Part shown: one piece after another, positions 1 through 13,630 of the stretch
How the letters are laid out: each line of letters opens with the position of its first letter
Position numbering within the stretch: position 1 is the stretch's first letter
Assembly: GCA_951406725.2 (NCBI GenBank)
Contig: OX597833.1
Location: 14,818,001-14,882,000 of the forward strand
Source of the DNA: Octopus vulgaris
Lineage: Eukaryota
DNA: 64,000 bases
Direction of reading: 5' to 3'
Program-made: the position numbers and the translations under genes
The notes under the pieces: generated by a model
What the model was told of the DNA's origin: nothing
Database searches by the model: none
The model's input: the letters and a program-made list of their open reading frames with translations, nothing else

Positions 1-35
1 GACTATGGAAGGACTAAACTTTGTGACTAAGCTAA

Positions 36-200
36 ACATACTCTTCTGTTTAACCGAGAAGATAGCTTTCGTGTGCAGCAGATGCACAGGGGCGATAAAC
101 ACCACAGATGCTCAGAAAACAGATTCCATCACACACCAGAGGGAGAAACTAGAAATAGTTGATAGCTTCCATTACCTAGGTGACCAATTTAGTAGTAGGA
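36..200 (+). pseudogene. RTE-like LINE reverse-transcriptase fragment
   Basis: ORF 5..217 contains FVCSRCTGAI...KLEIVDSFHYLGDQFSS, resembling the LEVVDSFxYLG thumb motif with a preceding Cys-rich segment seen in RTE-type LINEs; short and truncated. Confidence 0.55.
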
Positions 201-435
201 GTTCTTCTTATTGTTGACATTCTCCTTTATTTTTGACTCTACACGCACACAAGCGTTCAGCCCACAGTGGCAGATAAGAAAGTGGCAATCGATCAAAGAA
301 ATCGAAAGTGATTTCGATTGGAAATTTTACATTTCTGAATACGTGCCTCCCTCCTCGTTTCCCTCTGCCCTCTTTCGTTCTTTGTTTGTTTGTTTGTTTG
401 TTTGTTTGTTTGTTTGTTTCTTTCTTTCTTCCTTC

Positions 436-501
<66 letters not shown>

Positions 502-1350
502 CTCTCTCTCTCTCTCTCTCACATACAAGTTTCCCTTTGCTAGGGTCGTTCGGCCCTGTTAAAACACGCACTGGTTGTAATTCACTTTTTTCTATTGTTA
601 GAAAATGGCGTGAATCAGATCCAATGTAAGTATTTTTCAGGACACACCTGAATGTTACTACTAGAATAAGAACAGTCTGGGCAAAGTTTAGAAAGGTTCT
701 ACCCCTACTGGACTAAACAAAACATGCTCTACTGATTCTGTCAAACCTACCACACTTCAGGCTAAACATAATGTAGTATTGAACGAGTTTCGATTAGGAG
801 ACACACTGCCACAAATTCCGTCATAGTATCATAATATTATTAGAATCTATAATATTAATTTTCTAGCATTGGCTCGAGGCCACACGATTGCGGAACTGCG
901 GTGTAGATCGATGATATTGATTGCAGCAGTTTTGCTGTATTATTGTTTATCGATCCGCGGAAAGATGAAAGGCAAATTTGTCATCGACGGGATTTGAACT
1001 CCAAATGTAAAAGGGCAGTAATGACGCTGCAATGATTCTGCTAATCCATCACCACCCTCAGCATCACCAACATTGATACCAATAATCTATTATTGATTAA
1101 CTGGTCGAATCGGATATAACTCGCCTCTTCCACTTCGCCAATACATTTCCAGAACAATCGAAGACGTTGATAATATATATCGTGGTGGAGCAACACTGCA
1201 CCAAGTGCTATTAAACAAGATGGAAAGCCACTCCGATGTTTCATATCAGCAAGCGATTTTTATATTTCTGTTTGAAATGCTTTCTTTTGACCAATGTCAC
1301 GTCTCTGAGAGAAATGCATAAATATCACAGCGGTTTTGTTTTTCTTCCCA

Positions 1351-1712
1351 TCTCTCTCTATATAAACGGCAGTTTGTCTGTGCGTGTTTCTGTGTGTCTG
1401 TTAGGTTCTACCCTCACCCTGACCACGGCTTTCAACCGATTCTGATGAAACTTGACACACACATAGCCCAATGTCATAATTCAAAACTAACGCAGCGAAA
1501 ATTTTGAAAAGTTCCCCCAGTTCTGAAAAAAATCGATAAATTCGACATGGGGTCGACAATCAGAAACACAAACCGCAACTCCACCTTTTTTAACTAAAAA
1601 AAATTACCATCATTTTCTTCCATTTTTTTGCTATTTTTTGGCTATAACTCTCTAAAAATGCTTTATAGTTATTTCCCTTACAAACCTGAGCAACGCCGGG
1701 CGATACTGCTAG
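1351..1712 (+). mobile_element. Non-autonomous Helitron
   Basis: Begins A|TC(TC)nTATATAAAC, ends with GC hairpin (cctgagcaacgccggg) then CTAG|T; shares both ends with 32496-33303 and 60608-61072. Confidence 0.8.
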
Positions 1713-2117
1713 TCTAAATATAGATCTTTCGTAAATAAGCGATTCAAATGCATCGGAAAGTTGATTATATTTCTTTGTAATATATTTATGTTGCATTTAG
1801 ATATTATATACTTAAGCAGGGGCTTAGAAGTAGGTAATAAAAAAAAACGGGAAAAAAATCTTACCAGAATCCTTAGGGAATGAGGACAATGAATAAGTCT
1901 TTTATATAAAGATATATAATTTGATTGATTTATTGTTCAGAGTCTCTGGAGTGTAAAAGGATAATATTTGTCTTTAATTTTCCTACCTGATATATTCCTG
2001 CGAATTATATTTTGTATACACATTTGCTAGCTTTCTGCTCACTGCCATTAGATTGCAGCCTTCCAGGCACGCTGCAGAGATTCTTCAAATTGTTGAAGTA
2101 TCTTGTTGCTATCTCCT

Positions 2118-2122
2118 TCTTC

Positions 2123-2154
<32 letters not shown>

Positions 2155-2530
2155 CTTCTTCTTCTTCTTCTTCTTCTTCTTCTTCTTCTTCTTTCTCTTC
2201 TTCTGCTTTTCTTCTTCTTCTTCTTCTTCTTCTTCTTCTTCTTCTCCTCCTCCTCCTTCTCCTTCTCATGCTCCTTCTTCTTTTTGTTGTTGTTGTTGTT
2301 GTTGTTGTTGTTCTTCTTCTTCTTCTTTTTTACTTCTTCTTCTTCTTCTTATTATTATTATTATTTCTCTTCTTCTTCTTCTTCTTCTTCTTCTTCTTCT
2401 TCTTCTTCTTCTTCTTCTTCTTCTTCTTCTTCTTCTTCTTCTTCTTCTTCTTCTTCTTCTTCTCCTCTTCTTCTTCTTCTTCTTCTTCTTCTTCTTCTTC
2501 TTCTTCTTCTTCTTCTTCTTCTTCTTCTCC
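2118..2530. repeat. Compound (CTT)n/(GTT)n/(ATT)n microsatellite
   Basis: Direct reading. Confidence 0.95.
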
Positions 2531-2744
2531 TCCCAAGAGCAACAACCACCACATCAACACCAACAATAGTAATTTTTTCAGTTGAGCATATCAAAGCCTG
2601 GTGATTATACGTACACCAGTTACATATTTTATCGATATATTCGCCAAAAGGTTTAGCTACTGGGACTTGACCAGGAGGCACCAATTTTCATGCTACGTCA
2701 ACACAGATCTTGAGGAGGTGTGTGAGTGCGTGTGTGTGTATATA

Positions 2745-3012
2745 TCACCGTGATCACGTGACCGATCAGGCTATCAGATGTTGCTACACATCGCTGGTCC
2801 CAATGAGCTTCGCATTGTTTTAGCCTTCAAATTACGCCACCCCGCTGGCTAAGCGAGCAGGCCAATATATATATATATATATATTTTTATATATATATAT
2901 GTATATATATCACCGTGATCCCCATCAGATGTTGCTACACATCGCTGGTCACAATGCACTTCGCATTGTTTTAGCCTTCAAATGACGCCACCCCGCTGGC
3001 TAAGCGAGCAGG

Positions 3013-3016
<4 letters not shown>
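2745..3016 (-). repeat. Two isolated 3'-tail copies of a tRNA-derived SINE
   Basis: tcaccgtgatc...catcagatgttgctacacatcgctggtc...gcgagcaggccaa at 2745-2865 and 2909-3016; same tail as the full SINE at 5135-5432. Confidence 0.8.
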
Positions 3017-3080
<64 letters not shown>

Positions 3081-3132
3081 AAAAAATAAGTCAAAAATAG
3101 AAAATGCTAAAATAATTTTATAGTGAACATTT

Positions 3133-3170
3133 CAGTACCGGTTTCGGTCATTTTGAGACCTTTTCAACTG
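3133..3170 (-). ncRNA. Minimal hammerhead ribozyme motif, U3:A8 core variant
   Basis: Minus strand: cag-TTGAAAA-GGTC tcaaaat GACC-GAA-ACCGGT-A-ctg; palindromic stem III, GUA cleavage triplet. Confidence 0.7.
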
Positions 3171-4944
3171 TAGCGATTAAATAATTAAATTTAGAAAAAT
3201 TAGAAGAAAAGTTTTTTTAAAGGAATATTTCTATAGTAGTGTTCAGATATAAGTGGCATTCTGCCTTTCTCTGACTCCCTTGTTTGCACTTGTGTGTTGG
3301 AGGTCGTTGTGAGTTCTTGGTAGGGTAGTAGAGGAAGAAGGCTGATGAGGAAAGAGGCTGGGAGAATCTGGGAGTGCCCTGATGGTCGTATTTTGAATGG
3401 TCAGTGGCGGCTAGTAGTCGCAGTTCAATTCAGGAGAATATTTCTATTGAAAGGCTTGTTTTTAGAATTTGCGTAGGTGTTATACTAAAAAACATTAGTG
3501 ACAAAGTTAAGGGGTAGAAGATGGAGAAGTAGAAGAAGAAGAAGAAGAAGAAGAAGAAGAAGATGACGATGTTGATGATGATGATGAAGAAGAAGAAGAA
3601 GAAGAAGAAGAAGAAGAAGGAGAAGGAGAAGATGACGATGATGGTGATGGTGGTGATGATTATGACGACGATGATGATGATAATGATGATGATGAAGAAG
3701 AAGAGGAAGAAGAAGAAAAAAACAGAGAAGGGAGAATATGAAGGTTAAAGTAGTGAGGTGTTGTATGACTTGAAGTTGGCATGTTATGGATTATAGCTGT
3801 GATTTTAGCTGTGATTAGTAATGGATTCTTTGGAATGTAATATTTCTGTGTGAATATTTCTTTTATTTTAAAGTTGAGGTATATTAATTGTTTGTCGTAG
3901 ACCCGTTAAGAAGTGGCTTGTATTTTGTAATAAAGAGAGTTTCTTTACTTATTCGTTGTCTCGAGGTTGTATCGCCCCTAAATTGGTAGAGGGGGAAAAT
4001 CCTGAAGCTTGGTTTTTTTTTTTTGGCGCAAGTATCTATGTGTGGCTAAAAGCTATTTTTCTGTTTTGGGGAATTTTTATCCAAAAAAACACCAAGCTTC
4101 AGGATTTTCCCCCTCTACCAATTTAGGGACGATACAACCTCGAGACAACGAATAAGTAAAGAAACTCTCTTTATTACAAAATACAAGTCACTTCTTAACG
4201 GGTCTACGACAAACAATTAATATACCTCAACTTTAGAATAAAAGAAATATTCACACACAAATATTACATTCCAAAGAATCCATTACTAATCACAGCTAAA
4301 ATCACAGCTATAATCCATAACATGCCAACTTCAAGTCATACAACACCTCATTACTTTAACCCTTTCATATTCTCCCTTCTCTGTTTTTTTCTTCTTCTTC
4401 CTCTTCTTCTTCCTCTTCTTCTTCATCATCATCATCGTCGTCATAATCATCACCACCATCACCATCATCGTCATCTTCTCCTTCTCCTTCTTCTTCTTCT
4501 TCTTCTTCTTCTTCATCATCATCATCATCAACATCGTCATCTTCTTCTTCTTCTTCTTCTTCTTCTTCTTCTTCTTCTTCTTCTACTTCTCCACCTTCTA
4601 CTCCTTAACTTTGTCACTAATGTTTTTTAGTATAACACCTACGCAAATTCTAAAAACAAGCCTTTCAATAGAAATATTCTCCTGAATTGAACTGCGACTA
4701 CTAGCCGCCACTGACCATTCAAAATACGACCATCAGGGCACTCCCAGATTCTCCCACCCTCTTTCCTCATCAGCCTTCTTCCTCTACTACCCTACCAAGA
4801 ACTCACAACGATCTCCAACACACAAGTGCAAACAAGGGAGTCAGAGAAAGGCAGAATGCCACTTATATCTGAACACTACTATAGAAATATTCCTTTAAAA
4901 AAACTTTTCTTCTAATTTTTCTAAATTTAATTATTTAATCGTTA

Positions 4945-4982
4945 CAGTTGAAAAGTTCTCAAAATGACCGAAACCGGTACTG
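4945..4982 (+). ncRNA. Minimal hammerhead ribozyme motif, U3:A8 variant (one stem II mismatch)
   Basis: cag-TTGAAAA-GTTC tcaaaat GACC-GAA-ACCGGT-A-ctg; mirror of 3133-3170. Confidence 0.6.
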
Positions 4983-5069
4983 AAATGTTCACTATAAAAT
5001 TATTTTAGCATTTTCTATTTTTGACTTATTTTTTCATATATATCAACTCGTGTGTTCCTTTTCACCCTT

Positions 5070-5134
<65 letters not shown>

Positions 5135-5138
<4 letters not shown>

Positions 5139-5430
5139 CGTGATCCCCATCAGATGTTGCTACACATCGCTGGTCACAATGCGCTTAGAATTGTTTTTAG
5201 CCTTCAAATGACGCCACCCCGCTGGCTAAGCGAGCAAGCCAACAGAAAAAAAAGAGTGAGTGAAAGTTGTGGCGAAAGAGTGCAGCAGGGATCGGCACCA
5301 CCACCCTGCCGGAGCCCCGTGGAGCTTTAGGTGTTTCCGCTCAATAAACACCCACAAAGCCCGGACTGGGAATCGAAACCGCGATCATACGACCGCGATT
5401 CCGCTGCCCTAACTACTGGGATATTGCGCC

Positions 5431-5432
<2 letters not shown>
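5135..5432 (-). mobile_element. tRNA-derived SINE (family A head, alternative tail)
   Basis: Minus-strand head ggaggcgcaat...gttagggcagcgg...ggtttcgattccc (A/B-box-like); same type at 40820-41126. Confidence 0.85.
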
Positions 5433-5490
<58 letters not shown>

Positions 5491-5669
5491 ATAACATAAT
5501 TAGGCTGAGTTACACTAGATCGTGAAAATAACTATGTGTTTATGTGTGAGTGTATGTGTGTATTTCACATATTTCCCATCAATCAATTTTACTCTGATAG
5601 CATTAACTGAACCATCCACCTTGTAGATGTAGATGGAATTCCTTGCCGTGCAGCCATGCTGGAGCAGTT

Positions 5670-5938
5670 GTCCTCCTCCTTCTTTTCCTTCTTCTTCTTC
5701 TTCTCCACTTCCTCCTCCTTCTTTTCCTTCTTCTTCTTCTTCTTCTTCTTCTTCGTATTCTTCTTCTTCTTCTTCTTCTTCTTCTTCTTCTCCTCCTCCT
5801 CCTCCTCCTCCTCCTCCTCCTCCTCCTTCTTCTTCTTCTTCTTCTTCTCCTCCTCCTCCTCCTCCTTATTCTTCTTCTTCTGCTTCTTCATCTTCTTCTT
5901 CTTCCACTTCTCCTTCTTCTCCTCCTCCTTCTTCTTCC
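5670..5938. repeat. (CTT)n/(CCT)n microsatellite
   Basis: Direct reading. Confidence 0.95.
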
Positions 5939-6639
5939 AAGGGCAACAACAAACACAACATCAACACCAATAATAGTAATATTAATAAATATTATCATCG
6001 TTGTATAAATATAGTTTCTTAGTTATTAGATTGAACAGATGTGTTTCTTCACACCAGGATGTAAGTGACTTGATTACTATGGTTTCCAAGACCTCTCTTA
6101 CTGGAATTTTTCGCCATTTAAAAAAGCTTCCTGAAAGCAATTTCTTAATTCCGTAAACTTTTACCTAAAAAAAAAAACGCCAAAATACACAAAAGAAACA
6201 AAACAATTCAAAAGAAACAAAAGGCGCTGCTCGCCTTTTTTCCAAAATGGTGCCTAGGAAAATGAAAACCCCCCTCCTCGACAAAAAGGGAAACGACAAT
6301 CTTATCATTGCTTGTCAATGTCAGATCTACTTTGCCAAAATTCTACTTTGTTATAAATGCGGAAAATTTTTATATATTCAAATGAATAAAATATGGCTTT
6401 AGGACATTCTGAGAACAATGTTCAATGAAAACACGAACAGAAGTAAGCACAGCAGCAGCCGCAACGACAACGACAACAACAAAACAACGGAGGGAGAGAT
6501 AAAGAAATAGAAAGAAACTGTTGCATCGTCTATATATGGAGTTTCTCTGCCAAGCTGCTTCTGTATTGATAATTTTGATTTGAATAATAACAATTCCGAA
6601 AGGGAATATTACAAGCAGGCTATTGAACGCAAAAAATCT

Positions 6640-7058
6640 ATTTCTTTATTTCTTTATTGCCCACAAGGGGCTAAATATAGAGGGACAAACAAGTACAGAC
6701 AAACAGAGTAAGTCGATTACATCGACTCCAGTGCGTAACTGGTACATAATTTATCGACCCCGAAAGGCTGAAAGGCAAAGTCGACCTCGGCGGAATTTGA
6801 ACTCAGAACGCAGCGGCGGACGAAATACCTATTTCTTTACTACCCACATGGGGCTAAACACAGAGAAGACAAAGAATGACAGACAAACGGATTAAGTCGA
6901 TTATGTCGACTCCAGTGCGTCACTGGTTCTTAATTTATCGACCCCGAAAGGCTGAAAGGCAAAGTCGACCTCGGCGGAATTTGAACTCAGAACGCAGCGG
7001 CAGACGAAATACCACAAAGCCTTTTGCCGTGCTAACAATTCTGCCAGCTCGCCGCCTT
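6640..7058 (-). mobile_element. SINE family D, tandem dimer
   Basis: Head aaggcggcgagctggcagaa, B-box gagttcaaattc, central gcctttcatcctttcggggtcgataaat (Nin/Deu-domain-like); two units. Confidence 0.8.
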
Positions 7059-7180
7059 AAACGCAAAAGAAAACTAATCTCATGGTCTGAAGAGTACACC
7101 AAAAAACAAACAAAAACAAAATTGATATACATTTGTGTCAAAACTAAGGGAGTTTTTTTTCTATTATTCTGAAAACAACA

Positions 7181-7460
7181 AAGGCGGCGAGCTGGCAGAA
7201 ACGTTAGAAAGCCGAACGAAATGCTTAGCGGTATTTCGTCTGCCGTTACGTTCTGAGTTCAAATTCCGCCGATGTCGACTTTACCTTGTGGGTAGTAAAC
7301 AAATAGGTATTTCGTCTGCCGCTACGTTCTGAGTTCAAATTCCGCCGAGGTCGACTTTGCTTTTCATCCTTTCAGGATCGATAAATGAAGTATCATTTGC
7401 GTACTGGGGTCGATCTAATCGACTAGCCCTCTCCCCCAGTATGTCGGGCTTTGTGCCTAG
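7181..7460 (+). mobile_element. SINE family D, rearranged dimer
   Basis: Same head and core; internal restart at ggtatttcgtc. Confidence 0.75.
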
Positions 7461-8186
7461 AGTAGAAAACAATATTCTGAAAAAACAAAAAACAAAATTG
7501 AAGAATCACTGTCAAACATCTAGATATGTAATTGACATCTAGAAAAAAGGTGAAACGTACAGTACCATACGCCTGGCACCCAGTACCCGAGACGGGGCAT
7601 GGGTACCAGCGGAATTTGTGCACGAAACCCTGCCCAGTCTCAGTAAAACAATGAAGTATGCTTTTTTTATATGTGTTAATTCCTCCAGGTATTAGACAAC
7701 TATCATACTGGAGCAACGCCTCGAAAGATTTAGGTCACTCAGTCGACATTTTTTTTCTGAACCTTGGTGTCTATTCTATCCGGTTCTTTCTGCCGAACCG
7801 GTAAGTTACGCGAATTTAAAAAATGAACCCCGCAGCAGGACTGAACTGGTAACCAGCTGGTTGGAGAGCTGATTTCTTATTAGACAACCGCGCATGCGCT
7901 TATGGCGAATGACATCAACATCTGCTTCGCTGTTTTTGTAGTACACTATGGAAGGGTGTCAAGCAGTCACATGAGAGATTTCCATAAGCTTGGAAATTTT
8001 TATGAATTCTTGTTATTGTTGCTATTATTATTCTTTAAATTCAGTTTCAGTAGAAATTCCTGGAATCTTGCATGGGATGCAGGCTTGCCACTTGAAGCCT
8101 ACGGCACCGTTCTATTTGTTATCCCAAACTATCTGATAATTTTATTATTATTATTATTATTAATATTATGACCATCATCATCATCA

Positions 8187-9042
<856 letters not shown>

Positions 9043-9043
<1 letters not shown>

Positions 9044-9255
9044 GGCGGTGAGCTGGCAGAATCGTTAGAAATTTGGCCAATATACTCAGCAGTATTTCGC
9101 CCGTCGTTACATTCTGAGTTCAGATTCCGCCGAAATTGAATTTGCTTTTCATCAATTCGTGATCGATAAAATAACTACCCGCTGAACACTGGGGTTGATG
9201 TAATCGACTCATCCCCACGTCTCCCATGCTGCCCTTGTGGCAAAAATTTGAAATA
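9043..9255 (+). mobile_element. SINE family D, diverged
   Basis: aggcggtgagctggcagaatcgttag head and core motif. Confidence 0.7.
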
Positions 9256-9632
9256 ACAATAATAATTATTATTGGGGTTGTTGTTGTTAAAATTATTGAG
9301 GGAAGAATTTCTTAAGAATTTAATACTGGAAACCGTGACCATTAAAATTTAAAGGTGGGAATAGTTCGGGAATTAAAGAGAATGAAATATTCCACAAAAG
9401 AGCAATATTGTTCAGCTATAAAATTTATCATTACTATAATAACAGCATTGTGAACTCAAACGTGTTTATCATAGACTCCATTAGAATATCCACAAACACT
9501 ACTATCACTAGATTAAATAAAATAGGATATTAAAATAGGATATGCAGTAGCGACTGTAATCAGGCAAAAGAAGTAAAGACTCTATGACGAAACATGTAAA
9601 CTAGTAAAGGGGAGATATAACAGAAACTTTAA

Positions 9633-9970
9633 TGATTCAGTGCGACCATGAGATAGAGAATAGGAAGCTGGACATAGTCTTAATTGAGAAAGAAAACAAA
9701 CTATGCTGGATCATAGATATAGCATGCCCAGCTGACAACAAGGTATGTGGCAAGGAAGAAAGAAAAGTTGAGAGATATGACAGGTTAGCTTGGGAAGTTA
9801 AGCATTTGTAGTAGCTGAAAAAGGTGGTAGTAGTACGAATCATTGTCGGAGACCTGGGAACGGTGAGCAAAAATCTCGAGAAGTACGTGGAACAAATAGG
9901 GGCTGCAATAATGGTGGAAAATAGCACTGCTTGGAACCGATCGAATACTCCGGAAGGTGCTCGAAATATA
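9633..9970 (+). pseudogene. R4/Dong-type REL endonuclease fragment (different subfamily)
   Basis: Hand translation: IQCDHEIENRKLDIVLIEKENKLCWIIDIACPAD...KVERYDRLAWEVKHL**...IIVGDLGTV. Confidence 0.75.
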
Positions 9971-10189
9971 AGAGGTGTCAAAAAAACATAGAAATTTAAG
10001 CAAAAGAATTCTTATCTGTTTGGCGTTTTTGGGATTAAGAACGAAATGGTACAACTGCAATGAAGGAATCTGTCAAGTATAACCGGAATATATATTAAAA
10101 ACAAAAATTCGAGAACCAAATTAAGGGCATCCAAAAAAGAGATTCTTTCAAAATTGCAAAGCATTACGGCAGTTTGAAAAATGATAACA

Positions 10190-10610
10190 TGCCACGGAAC
10201 GATAAAATGTCAGCGTGACTGAAAATGAGGATTGAAAAATCCTGTGGGATGCAAAGATTCGCTGTGATCATCAATTTAATCATCGAAAATCTAAGATTAT
10301 TGTAGAATGGAAAAGAAAAAAGAAAATTTTCCTGATATTTGACACTGCATATCCTCGTGAGAACAAGATCGAATTGAAAGAAGACAGAGTGACCTTTGAT
10401 GAATTGGAGAAGGAAATACGCCGGTTGCTTGCAATGAAAAAGTGGAAGTGATATCAGAACTGATTGATGCAGTTGTAAATATCTGCACACGACTGCCGAC
10501 ATGACTGAAAATGATAGAAACAAATGTAAAGAGGGAATACCTACAAACATCATTATTGCTTGGAACTACTAGAGTTCTTTCTCCTCTGGATTTTTGAAGC
10601 ACGATCAGTA
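10190..10610 (+). pseudogene. Degenerate R4/Dong-type REL fragment
   Basis: KILWDAKIRCDH and FLIFDTAYP-like motifs with frameshifts, followed by (AAT)n. Confidence 0.5.
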
Positions 10611-10689
10611 AACAAGTGTCATATCCGTAAGCGGGCACTTTCCATCATACTCACCAAAAGGAAAACTGAGGTTTCTCATGATATATTGA

Positions 10690-10725
10690 TAATAATAATA
10701 ATGATAATAATAATAATGATAATAC

Positions 10726-10759
<34 letters not shown>

Positions 10760-10808
10760 ATTAATAATAATGATAATAATAATAATAATAATGATAATAA
10801 TAATAATG

Positions 10809-10842
<34 letters not shown>

Positions 10843-10880
10843 TAATAATAATAATGATAATAATAATAATAATAATAATG

Positions 10881-10911
<31 letters not shown>

Positions 10912-10955
10912 TAATAATGATAATGATAATAATAATAATGATAATAATAATAATG

Positions 10956-10986
<31 letters not shown>

Positions 10987-11073
10987 TAATAATAATAATG
11001 ATAATAATAATAATAATAATAATAATGATAATAATAATAATGATAATAATAATAATAATAATAATGATAATAC

Positions 11074-11104
<31 letters not shown>

Positions 11105-11153
11105 ATTAATAATAATGATAATAATAATAATAATAATGATAATAATAATAATG

Positions 11154-11187
<34 letters not shown>

Positions 11188-11225
11188 TAATAATAATAAT
11201 GATAATAATAATAATAATAATAATG

Positions 11226-11256
<31 letters not shown>

Positions 11257-11300
11257 TAATAATGATAATGATAATAATAATAATGATAATAATAATAATG

Positions 11301-11334
<34 letters not shown>

Positions 11335-11493
11335 TAATAATAATAATGATAATAATAATAATAATAATAATAATGATAATAATAATAATAATGATAATAA
11401 TAATAATAATAATAATGATGATAATAATGATAATAATAATAATGATAATAATAATAATAATAATAATAATGATAATAATAATAATAATAATAA
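10690..11493. repeat. (AAT)n/(GAT) microsatellite with ~345-bp higher-order duplication
   Basis: Interruptions atactaat (10722, 11070) and gagattaat (10757, 11102) recur at ~345-bp spacing. Confidence 0.85.
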
Positions 11494-12086
11494 GCAGAAG
11501 AAGAAGAAGAAGAAGAAAAAGAAGAAGAAGTAGAAGAAGAAGAAGAAAAAGAAGACGGAGGAGGAGGAGGAGAAGAAGAAAAGAAGGAGTTGAAGAAAAA
11601 GAAGAAGAAGGAGGAGAAGGAGGAGAAGGAGGAGAAGAAAAAGAAGGAGGAGGAGCAGAAGTAGGAGGAGAAGAAGAAGAAAATAATAAGAAGAAGTAGA
11701 AAAGAAGAAGAAGAAGAAGAAGAAGAAGAAGAAGAAGAAGAAGAAGAAGGGGATGTGAGAATCATCTAGATAACGTCCCAGGAGAACCATGTCTCAGAGA
11801 ATTCCAAAAGATTGTGCTGACAAGTAGTGCCCACATCATTAGAATAAAACCCTATCAATTTAAACGTGTGCGTTGTGGAACATGAAGGTATTTTGCTCCT
11901 TCCCCTCCCACTCCCCCTTCTTAAGGTTTCAGGCATAATGGATGCCTAAGGTTTCAGGCATACTGTAACATATCTTTTCCTTCAATTGCGTAAAGTTCTG
12001 TCTGTCTGACAACCAGTACAAACCCCCGGTAGACACAATACCTTCAATCAACAACCTCATGATATTGTATACAGTGCGACGTCTAC

Positions 12087-12186
<100 letters not shown>

Positions 12187-12337
12187 TACACACATCCTAC
12201 GCAGAACACTTTCCATACAGTAACCATCAGAGCATCATAACAAATCACAGCACATACCCAAGGCACACAGAGCTGCGCTCGGTAGTGAAGTGAAAGCACG
12301 CTATAAAAATAAAACTACTGAATAATAATAATAATAA

Positions 12338-12467
<130 letters not shown>

Positions 12468-12601
12468 AAGAATGATGATAGTCTGATGTTTTGGCACAAA
12501 TCCATCAATTTCGAGGGAGCGGTTAAATTGGTTACCTCGACCCCACTGCTTTAGTACTGCTTCTTTTATCGACCTCGAAAGAACGAAAGGCAAATGATAA
12601 T

Positions 12602-12850
12602 ATTACGTTTATGTATTTGTTTTGTAATATTCTTGATGTGAAATCGTGTGTTGAAACTTATATTATTATACTTCGGAAGTTACCAAGTATAATAATATCC
12701 CAAAGGGAACGGCCATTTTTTTGCTAAATAACCACTAGCCCCATATATTAGTTCTTCACTTCACTATTATTTTTATTCTTATTCTTATTTTAGTGCCCTT
12801 TGCATGGAATATTTCGTCACACATCCTGTGACCTCTTCAGCGACTTGCAT
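12602..12850 (-). mobile_element. Older short HHR-bearing element related to family C
   Basis: Minus strand CTGAAGA-G-GTCAC aggatgt GTGAC-GAAATATT (stem I degenerate); 3' end (plus-strand attacg...atgta.ttg...ttgatgtgaaatcgtgtgttgaaac) aligns with the family C 3' end. Confidence 0.55.
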
Positions 12851-13630
12851 GAAACAAGCAAGCATACGAGCTAAATATTGAACAGGATGTTTGACGAAAA
12901 GTTTCAGAGAAAAGATTCTAAAAGAATAATAATAATAATAATAATAAAGCTGTAGTGAAGAACAGGTATATAATACTTGTGGTTATTTGTCAAAAAAATT
13001 GCCATCTCAAAATATAATAATGAAAATAATTATAGTTTGTAATATATTTTGCGGTAAAATAATCCCCCTAGTCTCGTTAGTCAATTATATTGATTCTATT
13101 TATTAACAGGTACTTCAATTTATCAACCTTGGTTGGGTTGAAAATCAAAGGTTACCTCGGTGGAATTTGAACTCAAAAATTTAAAGGAACATCCAGCGCG
13201 CCACCATAAGACGAGGTGTGTAACTTTTTGTTTCAATGTGTATAATCTCCAGTTATTACATAAATGTAGAGTGTTTTCTTTTTGAAGCCTTATCAAGCGG
13301 TTTTGGAATTAAAAAAGAAAACCCGTGATGAAATATGTAGAGGAATTATGAAGGAAAAATTGTAATTTGGTGCCGACAACTAAAATGTAACAGACAACCA
13401 GAACCTCTAACAATCACAGCAATAACTGATATGAGTACTATCATTCAATCGATAATAATCACTGCAACAACAGCTGTTATCGCAATAGCGACCATCTAAT
13501 CAATAGTAAAAATATTTTATTAAAATATTAAATAATAACAAAAGCGATAATTATGAATTCAATGGCAGTTACCACAATAGTTAAATTAAACAAAATTACA
13601 GAAAACAAGAATCAAATGAAAGCTACTCAT

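Larger units (their letters stand above)
3077..5073. mobile_element. Fold-back Penelope-like element relic: two 3' ends in inverted orientation, inserted in (TA)n
   Basis: Arms ~3077-4026 and ~4081-5039 are reverse complements. Both encode a GIY-YIG C-terminus (PSFRIFPLYQFR...RISKETLFITKYK[P/S]LLN*); the minus arm extends into the spacer (IKIPQNRKIAFS/HIDTCAK). HHR near each outer end; (TA)n on both flanks. Confidence 0.85.

Noticed and set aside
10560-11790. Long poly-I/L/Y/D ORFs here and at 59136-60413, 45558-46155, 25001-25741, 2012-2604
   Set aside because: Stop-free frames of tri- and dinucleotide microsatellites, not genes
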